Assembly: GCA_023213395.1 (NCBI GenBank)
Contig: CM041465.1
Span: 70,687,741-70,751,740, forward strand
DNA: 64,000 nucleotides
Source of the DNA: Cycas panzhihuaensis
Lineage: Eukaryota > Plantae > Cycadophyta
Direction: 5' to 3'
Position numbers and translations under genes: made by a program. The notes beneath the pieces were generated by a model, which did not search any database, was not told the DNA's origin, and saw nothing but the letters and a program-made list of their open reading frames with translations. Numbering within the stretch: the first letter of the stretch is position 1; each line of letters opens with the position of its first letter. Below are positions 12,713 through 28,148 of the stretch, piece by piece.

Positions 12713-13699
12713 GAATAATAATTTATTTAAAAATAATAATAATAAATAATTATTCATTATAATAATAATTATTTAGTAAAAAATATTTTGTAATTTTAGA
12801 ATTTTAGAATTAATGGACATCACAAATCTTGCATAGTAATTGTATGTGAATTATAGATCCTATATACCCATTGTAGAATTAGAAGTTAGCTAACTAGTTG
12901 GTTATCTAACTACTTAGATGACATAGTTGTATGCATGTTAATTCCTTGGATGGTATGTCTCTTTTTGGTGGTTAATGAAACTCTGAGGCATGTAACCATG
13001 TCATGATAGTAATGGAAGGACCATGTTATTACTCTATTGTGTGCATAGGGTATGTTATATTGTGTGTTGAACCATGGCTTATGGTTATTTCCTAGATGAC
13101 CTAACATTAGTTCTATTTCCAAACATAAATCAAGGTTTTCAAGTTGGAGTATAATGGACACATGGAGCACAGGCAAATAATCTATAAACACCACCAAAGA
13201 ATATAAAAGTAATAGTAACAACCTAAGAGCAATGACATCAACGTTAAGACGAAATTAAAAATGTAACAAAAATAGGGAGAAGGGATAAGTAAGAAGCAAT
13301 GAGCGACATGTAGGTGATGAAGTGGAGACATATATAACCTGAGTAGAGAAGGGTGTGGAAGTTATGAAATGTGCACAAAATAAGAAAGGTACACCTCAAT
13401 ATGGCAAACCACTGATATTAGAATAACCAATAGCAAGTATGATGGAGAAGTCAGTACTCACATTAGAGAGTGTGTGTTCAGTGTAGATAAAACTAGTATT
13501 ATTTCAACAATCCTCACTAGAGATTTCCCCATGGGATTCTTTGTAAGGTATAACATTATCATTGATATCTCTTATGAAATTTTTGATGATAGGCTTGTTA
13601 ACAAGAGAATTATCACCAACCAACGCCCCATCACCATTAGTGTCATTAGGAGATCATCGATATCATCTTTAATGTCTTCAAGTAAGGGGGAGTTGTCTC

Positions 13700-15031
13700 T
13701 CTACCTACTGAGCTTTGATGGGAGTGGGGACCTAGAAGTACTTTTGTTCATATGCACATGAAATTAGAGGATTCATAAAATTGTTATCCAAGATGAGTTT
13801 GTCAATTGTTTTATAGTGACATTATGGGGATCAATAATGGCTCTAATTAGAGTGTTGGAGAAACAATTCAAAGGTTAAGGTGACATTTAAGAAAAAATTA
13901 AATATGGCCAGAATGATGCCTTGGTGGTGTACAATTTGAGTACTTTGAGTCAATCAAAGAGTTTAATAGAATATTATAATTGTTAGTATCCAAGCTGAAT
14001 TCTAAACTACAAGACAATTAGATTCAGCATTGGCTCATGGAAGGGATACTAACGAGGTATTAGGAAAAATTAGAAGTAATGGCATCTAAAACATGTGCCT
14101 AAGCCTTAAAAAGAGCCTTGTAATTATATGAAAGATATTGAGGGAGAGTAACTCAAGACAAAAGAGATAAAGAAGTAAATGGGGTAGTGACATTGAGTCA
14201 CAACCTAAGAATATCTATAAGTGTCTGAGGAAGTACTTGAAGTAAGAATTGGCAACACTTATTGTAGAGTTACAGAGCTCAGCATTAAAGAGACTGAATG
14301 TGTGGTACTTAGAATATAGGATGCAAGGATATTTTATGAATGAATGTAAAAATATACATTGGATTTACCACATCCTTTAAATAGATATTTTTGTGAGATT
14401 TGTGATAGACATGTTGGGCATGCCAATGTGAATTGCCCCTTCCACCCAAAGTATACTCGTGCACCACTACAAAGGAGTTTTACTAGAGGACAAAGATTAT
14501 TTTTTGAAAGTTGTGATCACCAATTGTCAAGAAGACCCTTATTCAAGGAGAGATCTTCCATGCCACAAATACCACCCAGGTGTTTTATATGTAATAAATG
14601 AAGGCATCAACTATAATGATACCTAGTTCTACAAAAAAGTGGAGATAATCTTTGTGAAGATTATAGATCAAGAGACCATGGCATTGAGTTCTATCCACTA
14701 AAAAAATTAACAACCATATAATTGTTGTAAAAAGATTTCTTATATGATAGTGGAACCATGATGTTGATGACTCAAAGTGACCACCGAACGTAGAGCCCAC
14801 AAATTGTATATGATTGTCCAAATCCCGCCAAGGATAAGAATAGGTTAATGGAAGTTACATAGGTTTTATAAGAGGAATTTAAGGCGATGCAAAGTCAATT
14901 TTAAGAATTAGGCGAAGTAATGACCCATCTTAGAGATGTTAGAAAAGAGGCAACAAAATAGTATGTGGAAAAGTTGGTTGGGGAAATTTTGTTAGTATGG
15001 GGCAAAGAACTAGTTGATAATGATAGGTAAC
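13700..15031 (+). mobile_element. Gypsy-like gag remnant with several CCHC knuckles; host of Copia A, probably continuing after 28669
   Basis: FCEICDRHVGHANVNCP (ORF 14359-14601) and CFICNK..H, plus a decayed W..E.RMQG.FMNEC knuckle near 14300 and FDGSGD near 13715. Confidence 0.55.
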
Positions 15032-15545
15032 TATTAAAATATTATTATATCTAATGTTACCTTTTATGTTACTTTATTAAATAATCTTATTATTGTAAGA
15101 TTCATTGACAAAAGGCAGTTATCTTTTCAACGAACGTCTCCATCTATTTATCTCTTCTTAGATTCTAAGAAGATGGTCCTAATGGTCATAATGGATGAAA
15201 TACTACTTTGAATGGTCCTGAGGTAGTCAGAATGGTCAGATTTGTTAGTTTGTAATGATGTTGGTTGGGATTACATAAGGATAGAACACTGCTCACATTA
15301 GAGAGAGAGGATGAGATCCTCCTAAACTTTGTAACGTTTTCTTACTTATTTATTAATAAATATATCTATTTTTTAGTTGTTTTTTTATCCCCATTAGGGG
15401 TTTTTTCCACCTATCCAATCTCTATGTCATGTACATGGTTTATTTGTACCTTTTTAGATAAAATGCAAACTATTATTTATTTGTTATAATTTTCCTGTTA
15501 CAAAATGAAAACACTACAAATAGAAAATAATTCCTCTTTCCAACA
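15032..15545 (+). repeat. Copia A 5' LTR
   Basis: TA(from TG)TTAAAAT...CAACA; direct repeat of 28149-28664. Confidence 0.95.
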
Positions 15546-15628
15546 TAGTATCTAAGCAAGGTTTTGTAGTAAATTTTAAATCAAAATACGTACATAAATA
15601 TGCAAAAATTAATAGGAATAAAAACTTG

Positions 15629-15672
<44 letters not shown>

Positions 15673-16361
15673 CTTTTTATATAAAAAAACTAACACCAAG
15701 AGGTGTCCTTTTTTGTCTCTTCGCTAACAACTATTTTGTAGGTCTAGCCTACTGAAATTACATACTGTTACACATTTAGACAGCCCATCTGTGAAGCTAT
15801 TACAAAAAAAAAAGTATATAAACTAGAATCTAAAATGCTCTCTCTCAAAGCTGGGAACTCATCTTTTGTTAATTTTTCAAAAAAAAGGAGAAGACTACTG
15901 AAATGAAACCCAAGTAAGAGAAAGCCCCTCCATACAGTCTCTGTAATTACTTGGAGCCACATGTCGTAGCTTGGAGAATATCCATGTAAAGTGTTTCTAC
16001 ACTATTTCTAAAATACATTGAGAAGCCTGCAGTAATTGCAAACATGAAGGAAAAGAAAACCCTTGTGTGATGGCATCTGTATGCAACCCAGCCATAAATT
16101 CATCTGAAAATAAAAACTAAAAATTATACATAGCAACTCAAGAAGATAACCTGAAGATGGACAAGGTTACAAAGACACCTTTTTCACTTGCTCGTTATGG
16201 TGGTGCTAAAAGATGTTGAATCCATATAGGGAGAAGAAACCCTAGTAAGGAAAATTAATGTGACCTTCCATCCACCAAAGATTAAGCACTGATCAACAGA
16301 GATCATTAATGACATTGCCTTTGAACCTACCAAAGAATGAAGGATATATGCCTACTAAAAC

Positions 16362-16496
16362 ACAGAGGAGCGATGCCTACCAAACCAAATCACAAAGGAG
16401 AGACGCCTACCAAAGCATAGAGGAGAGACAACTACCAAACCAAGGCATGAAGGAGAGACACCTGCCAAACCAAAGCATGGAGAAGAGATGTTACCG
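16362..16496 (+). repeat. ~4.5 copies of a ~30 bp tandem unit (ATGAAGGAGAGACGCCTACCAAACCAAAGC-like) in the Copia A leader
   Basis: Units visible directly; they explain the repetitive ORF 16309-16614. Confidence 0.7.
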
Positions 16497-18739
16497 AGGA
16501 TTTGAGAAGGGAAAGTACAAAGTAGAGACACTCATAGAACCAACATTCATGAAGGGAGTCAAGATATTTGCAACCTGCAAACACAAGCAAAGAACCAACA
16601 AAAACCAAAGATGAAACCCTAACGATATTCATAACAAGGCGTTGGACATGAAGATAAATCATTTTTTATGTAATATGTTTACAAACGTAAAAACATTACA
16701 TAATAATTAATAAACGTTTCGAGTCCACACCCCCCCTATTTCAACCTTTTAATTTATTTTTTATTTTTTATAAAGTTTAATTTAATTTAATTTAATTTTT
16801 AGATCCATAAAGTCCCCCTCCATTAGGCCCTTGGTTTCTTTACACCATCATGCGACCTCATTATTTTTTAAAAAGGGGCTTTACCTTTTAATTATTATTT
16901 TTATTATTTTCCTTAAGGGGTGTCAGGTTCTTCATTTATAAATTCATCATACAAAGTCCAAATTCAACTTTGAAAGAAACGTCTAATTCGTAGTTCAGAT
17001 ACATATGCATTGACTAGATACTCAAGCCATTTAGATTCCATCTTAACCTACAGAACCTTGCCTAAGGATATGCCTCCATTCACAACCAGGTAAGCTAAGG
17101 TACGTAATATTTTTAAGAAACTTTTCTTATGATTTATTAATTCTAGTATCTTAAGCTAGCAAATATTCATTATCTAATTTTAATTCAATGAAATTTATTA
17201 ATTTTTTGCATGATTTTCAAAAAATATTATGTAATTGATTAAAGACTAAAATGAAATAACTTTATGTCCATCATATGTTTCAATTTAAACTTTAATATAT
17301 GCAATGCTGACATGATTGCTTAAAATTCATTAAAAATTTAATATTTTTTAATTATTAAATATAAATATTAATATTAATAAGCTTATTTTACTTCATTTCT
17401 AATTAATGTTAAATATTTGAATGAACTGCCTTTGATTTTTTAGTGGTAAACTAATGTGTTAATGGTGAATCTTTTATGACTAAGTGGCAATGTTAATAAC
17501 TGTTTAATGTGAATTTATGTTCAGTGGCAATGTTGACAATTTAACTTCAGTAAAACATTTATTTTCTAAATACACCTTCATTTCCAATAATAATTTAATT
17601 TAAAATTCTTCCATTTTTTCATTCCTAAAAGAGGTTCTTTTCGTTGGTTTGTCCCAAAAATGGCACTCATGCGAGGGACTACCTCCTGTACATCGATTCT
17701 AATACTAATTGGCTCTAATTGTGTCGACTGGAAAACACGTATATCTCACCACCTAAAACAATAAAAGCTATGGTGATATGTAATAGGAGATTTTATTAAA
17801 CCAACAAATAAAACATTAAATGCCTATATGGTATACCTGATGAATTGTGATAGAGCCCTAGGCACCACTCTAACCTCTCTCTTCCCGACATTAGCTCTGC
17901 ATTTCTCAAATACAGATAATTTAGCCATAGTCTAAAACTCACTTAAGGAAAAGTATGATAAGGTTGATAATTAGAAGCTAGTCATTCTAGAATAACAAAT
18001 GTATGATTTAAACTATGAAGACTTCTATAAAGTTAAAGACTTCTTATCAAAACTTTAACTTATCAACAAAGACTTAGGTAATTGCATAAAGTCTTCCACA
18101 AAAGTAGATGATAAAATTGTCACTATAACACATGCAAAAGAAAACGATACACTTGTCCATCTTACAATCAATAAACTTCCAAAACAATTCAACCTTTTCA
18201 AAAATATTAGACAACAAGGTGACATCTACTAATTTCCTTCAATCAATTAACGAATCATCTAGTTGAACATCAAACAATATTGATTCAGACTAAAAAACTT
18301 AAAGATGCTTCATAGGCTCTTTTTCCCAAGTCAAAACTAATTAATAAACCTAAACATAAAAATAACTATTAAAATAATCAACATAATCATATTGAATCCT
18401 AAAAACCTCATAGAGGTTCATCTACTCTAAACAATCCTTATCATAACACTAAATATTCTAGATCACCTAAATCTTAGAATACATCTAGACATTCATTCTT
18501 AAAAAGGAATATTGCCAATCCTAATTCTAATCAAAACATTAATTATGCTTACTATTATAAAAATGGGCACACCATTGATATCTGTAGGAATAGAATTGCT
18601 TCTAAATCCTAGAAAGCTTCTAAGGGGATCCAATGATGATCCCACAATCTTAACCATTCTCTAACTGCTTCCACATCAGTTTTTTTTACTCCAACTTCTC
18701 AACCACCCTTATGGATTCTTGATTCTGGTGCATCCCATC

Positions 18740-21700
18740 TATTAACATGGCAGTTAATTGTTAAGCCACTATGTTAATGTTAATGTAGTTTAACTAAGGT
18801 GATTAAGTGAAAAGGTACGAGTTATTCAAAGGGTCACAACCCTAATTAGGGTGACAACTCTTAAAAGAATATAAATACCTTAAGCCTTTGTATATTCATT
18901 GTATCAAGCCATTATGAAATAATCAATATGATCTATCAAGGATCTTTTTGTAGTGGGTTTTTTCTGAAAAGGAATTTTCCATGTAAATCCTATATATTGT
19001 GTATATATTTTCTATGTGTACTCTTGTTTGCTTGTTGTGTATGGTTAAAGATTCTGCAGATGGGAACATTTGTGTATAATTTCATGTTCTTGAATATGGT
19101 ATCAAAGTCATAGGGTCCTACATAGTTGAAGCTTGACATTAATTAGGATAGTGGGATTGTTAATTGCCAAGTAATGTTATCTAACCCAAGACAAGTCTTG
19201 AGGGTCTATCAACCCCAACAACATGCGTAAGGTGCATCGTATCAGTGGTGGTTGAAGCAGTGAAGATCGCTATTTAACAGAGCATAAGCGTTTATTAGAG
19301 TTAAGATTTAGGTGTGAAGTCCAAGTTTGTAGTTGGAGTTGGCTCATTGGGGGTCATCCGGGTTGATTCAAGAACTATAGCAATCATTCAAGCTAGCAAA
19401 GCATGCACCAATGGTGATTCAAAGGACCATAAGGACACCCATCCCTGTATACATGTAAGTTAGTTTATTTCTCAACAAAATCCTCTAAAATTTTAATGAA
19501 ATAAACCTGTATTATTATCGAAGCTTCTTCTTTGCACTAGTGGATGTGATTAGAACCAAGTTTCGATGTTTTCTATCCTTATCCGAGTGTCGGCCTAAAT
19601 ACATAGCAATAACAATGACTAAAGTTCATTGAGTTATATTATCTTTGCATAAGTTTGAACCTTATTTACTATATGAAATAATCCTACATCTGGGATACTT
19701 ATCACTATTTGTTGTTGTTATCTATGTGCCTAGGTGGATTACAAGTTGGCTGGGTGCTATATACATGAACATAGCCATATTTGTGTGTTAGACATTAGTT
19801 GAGTGTGTTTTTACAGCGCGTGTTTCTATACTAGCTAGCCATGTTTTATGTTAGCTAGGCATCCTGCCTCATGGCTAAGCAATCGATAATAAGGTGGTTG
19901 GGAATTTTGAGGGACCTGCTGGAGTGAGTGTAGGTTGTTTACTACCATATAGGTCTATGTAGACCCATTCCTTTGGTGGCTAGTCTGCGTGAAGCTCACA
20001 AGCTATACAGAGAAGTTACTGAGCTACACCCCTTATCATGTGCTTTGTGACTTTTGTGAGATCTCTTTTGGTGATATTTACTAAGGCTTGATATTTAGTA
20101 AATATTCTAAATATTGTGTCTTTTATTTTTGGCACGTGGTTTAAGTTAAAAGGGCATATGTATATTGAAAGGTCACAACTTAACGAATATACCTTTTGGT
20201 ATATTCTTCTCAATTGAATTTTATAAAAGAGACCCTTAGACCTTTAATACATAATACATTTTTATATTATGAAGTATCTTGACATCATATGAAATCCTCA
20301 TGAGCTATTTTTAGCATGGATCAAGAGGATTATCATGGTTTTTTTTTACTTGGAGACCGTGCATCTTTGCTTGTGGAGTCATCCTTTGATCTACAAAATC
20401 TTTTTTTAAGCCTTTATTTATGTCAGTTGTGATATTTGCATGGCTATCTAAAGCTATTTATTGATAGTTGATGAGGGAAAAATAGTCGATGGCTCACTTA
20501 ACGTGGGTATAGTCAGTGTTGGATGCACTTGGAAGCGTGCTCGTGAGTCAAAGGAAGATACATGGGTCCACTTTATGCTGTAGATATTTATTTTTGGTAT
20601 CGATTAAATTATATTGAAGCTTGTTTCTCGAGATAGAGCATATTATGCCCAAAGTTATCTTTAATGGCAACAATTTTAGTGAGTGGAATGCTAATATGGA
20701 GTTTATTTAGAGATGAATCAACTCTGGGGAATTACTAAGGTGAAAGTGGATGTGATTCCATTAGACCATAAGAAGCGAATTCATCTCGAAGAGAAGAAAT
20801 TTATGGCCATGGGACTACTGAAACTGTCATTAGCACTGGACCAGAGAGCATTGGTTCATAATCTAGATGAACCAGATGAGATATGGATAAAATTGTGTGA
20901 TACATTTAAAAAGAGGTAGACGAATATGTGTCTTGTACTAATGCTGCAGTTATTCAACTTGCATATGGAGGATAAGAATAACATCAACTCCTACCTTAAC
21001 AAGATTACAGACTTGAAGAATAAGCTAGGGGAACTAAAGTTGAACTCAATTGATGATGTGTTACTATTCGCAATAATCATGTCGACACTACTGACTACCT
21101 TTCCTACATTCTAGACTATTTATGGTAGAGATAAAGTGATGGAAGTAGAGATATTTGATGGGCTTAAAAACCTGATTCTAAAAGAGGATGCTAAGCTCAA
21201 ACATCATGGTATACTTAGAGGTTTTGGTTCAAGTCAGGCCCTAACCATAAAAACTTAGACGAAGGAGGTCACTAAGGAGGAGAAAATCATATAGAGATTA
21301 GGAGAAAGTTCTTAAGACAAATAGAAGTTCAACAAGAAATGCAATTACTACGAGAAGGATAGTCATTGTGAGAAGAACTATTGGTTTAAGCATCGTGATA
21401 AGTTCAAAGTCAACCAGGATAATAAAGGGAAGAATGTTGCTACTCATTGCATCTGAGCAAAATCCTTATCAACTGAGTCAGATCGAATAGATTATTAGGT
21501 GCTTAACTCTAGAATGAAGAAGCACATTTCTTACCAAAGGTGGAACTTTGATATGATGTTTTTAAATTAGAGTGGTATTGAGATTTTCCTTAGAGATATT
21601 CACAATTTGCTGATAGAATGTATTGACGAAGTTTCCATTGTAGGAGGTAAATTTACTAGGGTATATTATGTATCGAAGATGCAGTTGAACCTTCTTTCAT

Positions 21701-24700
21701 CCTAAGATATCTATAAATAAGGTATTAAGGTGGAACTCTATGATGACAAATGACTAATTAAAGATCCAAAATAGAACTTTGTTGTCATAGCTACTGGGAA
21801 AGTCAAGACAACTTCTAGATGTTCGAGAAGTTTCAATCTTAGAGGAACTCCTATGCCTTCATTTCCAGTGTAGATAATGTGAGTAAGTTGTGGCATAATT
21901 ACGTAGGGTACCTTAATTATAGGAGTATTACACTGCTAAAGAGGTTGAAGATGGTGGTAGGATTATCGTAGGTTACCTACTTAGATGGTGTGTGCGAAGG
22001 GTGTATGTATGACAAGTACCACTACTACCCTTTTGCTCAGGATAATGCCTAGAGAGCTAAGGAGAAGTTAGAGCTTATACATTTAAACATAATGGGTCCT
22101 CTTCTTAACCCTTCAATATCAGGATCTCATTATATCCCTATATTTGTAGATGATTATATAGGAAGGCTTGGGTTTACTTTCTCAAGAATAAGTCAGACGT
22201 GTTTGATTGCTTTCATAATTGGAAAGCGATGGTTGAAATACATTTGATAAGAAAATAAAGTCATTAAGAAGTAATAACAGCAAGGAATACGGTAACCATG
22301 TGTTCAATCAGTTCTGCGGTGATCATGGTATAAAGTGGAAATTTATAGTCTTGTATAGTCCACAACAGAATAAAGTTGTTGAAAGAAAAAACCATACTAT
22401 GATGGAGATGGCGAGGTGTATGGTGCATGCTAAAAACCTACCATTGAAGTTTTGGGCAAAAGCTATGGCGACTACTATTTATATTTTAAACTGGGTACCT
22501 ACTCAAGCTGTTTGTAGCATGATCCTTGAAGAAAAATGGACTAGTTATAAGCTTGTCATTAGTCATTTAAGGACGTTTAGGTATATTGTATACACCCACA
22601 TCCCAGATGATACTCATAAGAAGTTGGATCTAAAGAGTCTAAAGTGCATATTGATGGGGTAAGAATAAAGCCTATAGACTATGGGACCCATAGGGGGAGA
22701 AGATTGTGGTTAGTTAGGATGTAAAATTTAATGAGACATTGACGTATCATGTTGACTGATCATCATAGAAGCCTTTTTACCCCCCCTTCTTCCATTCCTA
22801 AATTCATCAAGTGAAGAGGACAAGGAGCCCACATCGGAACACCTAAGGAAGAAGGATCAAGTGGGACGAGTAATAGTGAGGAGCCACCACAAGATAAAGT
22901 ACCTCTAACAACAGGTCCTTCAATACCTTTATGGGCAAGGAAGACTTTAGAAGATTTCAGTGTGGTGATACATACTATAACTGATTATTGAATAACAAGA
23001 AGTTAACATGCCAATCAAAATTTGTTGGTAGACACCAATGACTCCAGTGATCTTGATTCATTTGATGAAGTAAAAGGAGATCCATGATAGAGAGTTGCAA
23101 TAGAGGAGGAGTATAGTTCTTTGCTAAATAATGATACATGGGATTTAGTTCTATTACCTCTGATGAAGAACCTTGTTGGATGCAAGTGGGTCTACAAGAT
23201 AAAGTTTTGCTCCGATAGAAAGGTGGACAAGTATTAGGCTAGACTTGTTACTCAAGGATTAAAGAAAAAAGAAGGAAGTAACTATGAGGAGATGTTTACA
23301 CTAGTCTCTAGAATGATAATGGTCTGATTACTCATTTCCTTAGTAGCTGCTTAAAATTGAGAGTTACACTACATGGATGTAAAGTCTGCATTCCTTAATG
23401 GAGATTTAAAGGAGGAGATATATATGTCGTAGCCTCTAGGATTTATTAAGGATGGCTAGGAGCACCTTGTTTGTTGTCTAAAGAAGTCAATGTGTGGCCT
23501 AAAATAAGCACCTCATGCTTGGTATGAAAAGATAGATGCTAAGTTCAAAGTTAAAGGTTTTGAGATTTCAAAACTTGACCTAAATTTATATGTGAAGAGA
23601 AGAGGGACTTTAATAGTTACTTGTGTTATGTATGTGGATGATTTAGTCATTAGCAATAATTGTGGCAAGGTTATTTCTAAATTCAAATCTAATTTGGGAG
23701 CTTCATTTGACATGACAGGCCTTCGGAGACTTTACTACTTCTTAGGTATTCAGGTTAGGTAGAGAGATGACCAGATCGTGTTGTTGTAGTTACAGTATGT
23801 GAAGAACTTGCTAGAGAACTTTGGAATGTAGAATTGCAAACCAATTGCAACACCATATGTAAAAAGGTACAAAGTTGCAGAAGGATATGGCTAAGCCCTT
23901 TATAGATGGCACAAAGTATTTCCTGTTGGTAGGGAGTTTGATCTATTTGACTCATACCAGGCCTGATATCACATATGATGTCGGGTTAGTTTCCTACTAT
24001 ATGAAGAATCCTCAAGAATCTCATTTGGTTGCTACGAAGTGAATTCTAAAGTATTTGAAAGGGACAATCAATCTTGATCTTAAACACTATTGAGGTGAAG
24101 AGATACAATTGCATGGCTATACAAATGTTGATTGGAGAGGAGATTTCGATGATCGAAAGTCCATTGTTGGATATCTATTTCGTGTTGGTAATAGATTTAT
24201 TTTATGATGGTCAAAGAAGCAACAGACAGTGGCACTATCTTCTACAGAGTAGAATATTAGGGACTCAGTGCAGGTACAAAGGAAGTCATATGGTTACAAG
24301 GTCTCTTGGAATTTCTTAGAGTTTCAAATGGACACCTAATTATCTTTATTGATAATCAAAGTACCATTTACCTATCAAAGAATCTAGATATGTAATGGGT
24401 AAGCACATTAAGATTCATCACCATTACATTCATGAATAGATCAAATCAGGGAAGCTACAGGTCAACTACTGTCTGAGTGAATTTCAACTTATGGATGTGT
24501 TACCCAAACCTCTCACCGAAGATCAATTCATGAAGATGTATACTGGACTTGGACTTACTAATATTATCCTTAAGGGGGGATATATCAACAAGGATAAAGA
24601 AGCTGCAAGATAGTCCCAACCTTCGTGATAATATAGTTATTGCAGTTAGTAGGCTCCCCACATTTACATTAAGGGGGAATGTTAACATGGCAATTAATTG

Positions 24701-25036
24701 TTAAGCCACTATGTTAATATTAATGTGGTTTAACTAAGGTGATTAAGCAAAAAGATGAGACTTATTCAGAGGGTCACAACCCTAATTAGGGTGACACCTC
24801 TTGGAAGAATATAAATGCCTTGAGCCCTTATATATTCATTGTATCAAGCCATTGCGAAATAATCAATGTGATCCAACAAGGATCTTTTGGTGGTGGGTTT
24901 TTTCTTGAAAGGGTTTTCCCACGTAAATCCTGTGTACTATGCATCTGTTTTCTATGTGTACTCTTGTTTGCTTCTTGTGTATGGTTAAAGATTCTAAAGA
25001 TGGGAACATTTGTGTATGATTTCATGTTTCTAAATA
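18740..25036 (+). mobile_element. Copia B: full-length decayed Ty1/Copia element nested in the protease of Copia A
   Basis: LTRs 18740-19096 and 24680-25036 (357 bp, ~45 mismatches); TSD CCATC (18735-39 / 25037-41); PBS TGGTATCAAAGT at 19097; PPT AAGGGGGAA. Gag from ~20640, integrase ORF 22300-22662 (SPQQNKVVERKNHT), RT (WDLV.LP, HYMDVKSAFLNG, YVDD), RNaseH. Confidence 0.95.
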
Positions 25037-28000
25037 CCATCATATGATGAGACACCAAGAATACTTATTATCCTATCATTCTGACCTTAATTCCAATGAG
25101 GAAATCTCATTCAAAAGTGGCTCATAACTGAAAATCAAAGGAACATGATATGTTTCTTTGAAAGACGGTTCTATTAAAGACGTATTTTTCATTCCTAGAT
25201 TATTACTAAATCTTCTTTCAATTTATCAAATCTGCTAGAAAGATCTTATTGTCAAATTCTAGAAAGATAGATTTGTTACCAAACAACCTTTAAACAAATT
25301 AAAAATAATTGCTTCAGGACCTATAGATCATAAAATATGTCTCTATAATCTAACAAGTTTTTAACACTCCAAAGCAAAAGTTTTTAATGGCTTCATAGCT
25401 AAATCTAATCCAATCAGTATGTTATGGCATGTTGAGTTTGGCCATATAAGTTATGGCAAACTTTAGTACTTAAGCAAGTATGATATGGTTCATGGATTGT
25501 CCACCTTAAGTACAATCTATAGTATTTGCAAAGCCTGCATAACAGACAAGCAACACATAGATCCTTTTCTACATAAGACTATATTTAGAGTAAAAATTCC
25601 ACTTGAATTTATACACTCTAATATTTATAGTCCTTTCCAAGTATTATCGCATTCGCGTAAATATTTTGTTACTTTTATCGATGATTTTTCTAGAAAATAC
25701 TGGTTTTATATGCTTAAAATAAGAAGTTAGGTGTTTGACATCTTTGTTGAATTTAAAACATTAGTAGAAAATTAAATCAACTCTAAAATAAAAATTTTTA
25801 GATCAGATAATGTAAAAGAATACTTAAGTGATAAGCTTACCTCATACTACGTAGCATGTAATATGATTCTAGCATTCTATCGCATATAGCCCTCAACAAA
25901 ATGGTGTTTCTGAACATAAAAATCATACTCTCTTAGAAATGACCCATTGTATATTACATGTAAGATCTAAAGTTGTGGGCTGAAGTAATAGCCTGCTCCA
26001 ACTATCTTTTAAATCAATTACCAAGCAAATCACTATATAATGTTACACTAGAATAGAAATGGTTTGGTTAAATACCTTCTATTAAACATCTTAAAATCTT
26101 TAGAAGCATTACATAGGGCATGTTCCCAAAGAAAACATAAGAAACTTGACCCTAAAAGTTCTAAATACATCTTTGTTAGCTCCAGTAAAGAAAGTAAAGC
26201 CTATTGGCCTTTTAATCCAATCCCACACAAGATTTCGATTATGCATGATGTTGTATTTTATGAAGAGGAATCTTCATCAAATACCACTTATATAGAACTT
26301 CCTGTTGATAGTTTGTTAACTAACACTTGTTTATCAGACCCTTTTGATAAACAAGTTGATCCTAAATCAATAGAATCCCTGTCTAATCAAGTTTAGAATT
26401 AGACATTAATTGAACCTTCTATATCAAATCTGATTAATCAATCAAATTTGTCTAATTAACCCTCCACCTCTACTTCTACAAGGAATAAACAACCAGTATG
26501 GGTATAAAAGACTCTCTTTGATATTAGATCTGATGCTAGAAATCCATCAGATACTATGAAAACTCATTCTTATACTAATGGCCAAAGTTATAGCCATAGA
26601 TGATCTAAAAACCTCCAAGGAAATAAATAATATGGCAATAAGCCATGCAAGCTGAATTTGATACACTTAAAAAGAATTCAATTTGGGACTTAGTTACCCT
26701 TCCCCCTAGTGAAAAATATAAGGCTCAACTAGTAGCCAAAGGTTTCTCTTAAATTAATGGTATTGATTATACTGAAACCTTTGCTCTTGTAGCTAAAATG
26801 AATACTATTGAAACTATCCTAGCTTTAGCAGCCAAATTTGGCTGGCAAATTCATCAAATGGATGCTAAAAGCACCTTTTTAAATGGCAATCTCAAAGAAG
26901 AAATCTATATGAAACAACCACCTAGTTTCATAGATAATCCTAGTCTTGTTTGTAAGTTAAAAAAATCTTTATATGGTTTAAAACAAGCTTCTCGAGCTTG
27001 GTATATAAAGATAGATGACTACCTTACACAAAATGGATATACTAAGTGCATTAATAATCCCAATCTCTACTTCGAATAAGAAAAGAAGAATATTACTATC
27101 TTAATTCTTTATGTAGATGATATAATTATAACTAAATCTTCAATTTCAAACATTCATCAATTAAAAACTATCTTAATGGATAAATTTGAAATGACCAACT
27201 TAGGTCTTTTACATTATTTCTTATGTTTGCAAATTTATCAAGCTAATTCAAACATAACCATTTCATAACCTAAGCATACACTTGATTTGATTAAAATGTT
27301 TAATATGGAAAATGCTAAACCAGTCTCAAATCTTTTACAATCAGGTGTTAAACTATCAATTAATTATCCTACACCTCTATTTGACCCTATCACTTATCAC
27401 CAACTTATACGTAGTTCAATCTACCTAATACATACCTACCCAGACATCTCATATGCTGTAGCTTTTTACTCTAGATGCATGCAGAAACCTCATGTGTCTC
27501 ACTAGAAAGCTATAAAATAAATTTTAAGATACCTACAAGGTATAATATTCCATAACCTAACCTATCATTCATGTCGTACCAACCTAAAATTAATAGGCTC
27601 TTCAAACTGGGTAGGAGACTCAAATGATTGCAAGTCAACAATAAGTTACATTTTCTTTTTAAACTCCATAAATTACTTAGTCTAGTAAGAAAATATAAGC
27701 ATTAACCCTATCCATAACTAAAGCTGAATATTGAGTACTTGAAGCTAGTAAAGAATCACTCTAGCTTAAATCTCTATTAAGTAAACTTGAATTATTTTCC
27801 AACTCTCTAATTGAAATTAAAGTTGATAATCAAAGTGTGATTTCTATTACTGCTAATCCTATTGCTCACTCTAGAATAAAACACATAGAATTACATCAAC
27901 ACTTTATATGTAATCTTGTAAATGATAATATTATTTACTTGTCTTATTATCCTATAGACTTACATATTGCAAATATTCTCACAAAGCCATTGATTGAAGT

Positions 28001-28148
28001 AAAGTTCTTAAAGCTTAGAGAATTATTGAAGATTAAAAAAGTCATCTTTAAAGGGGATCAACATGCTAAAGCCTTCTTCATCTTTATCTTCTTTTCTTAC
28101 TTCTTCTTATCTATTATATATTGTATAAAAGATAATATTAAAGGGGGG

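Noticed and set aside
16362-16496. CRISPR-like repeat array
   Set aside because: Contiguous degenerate units without unique spacers, in a eukaryotic TE context with no cas genes.
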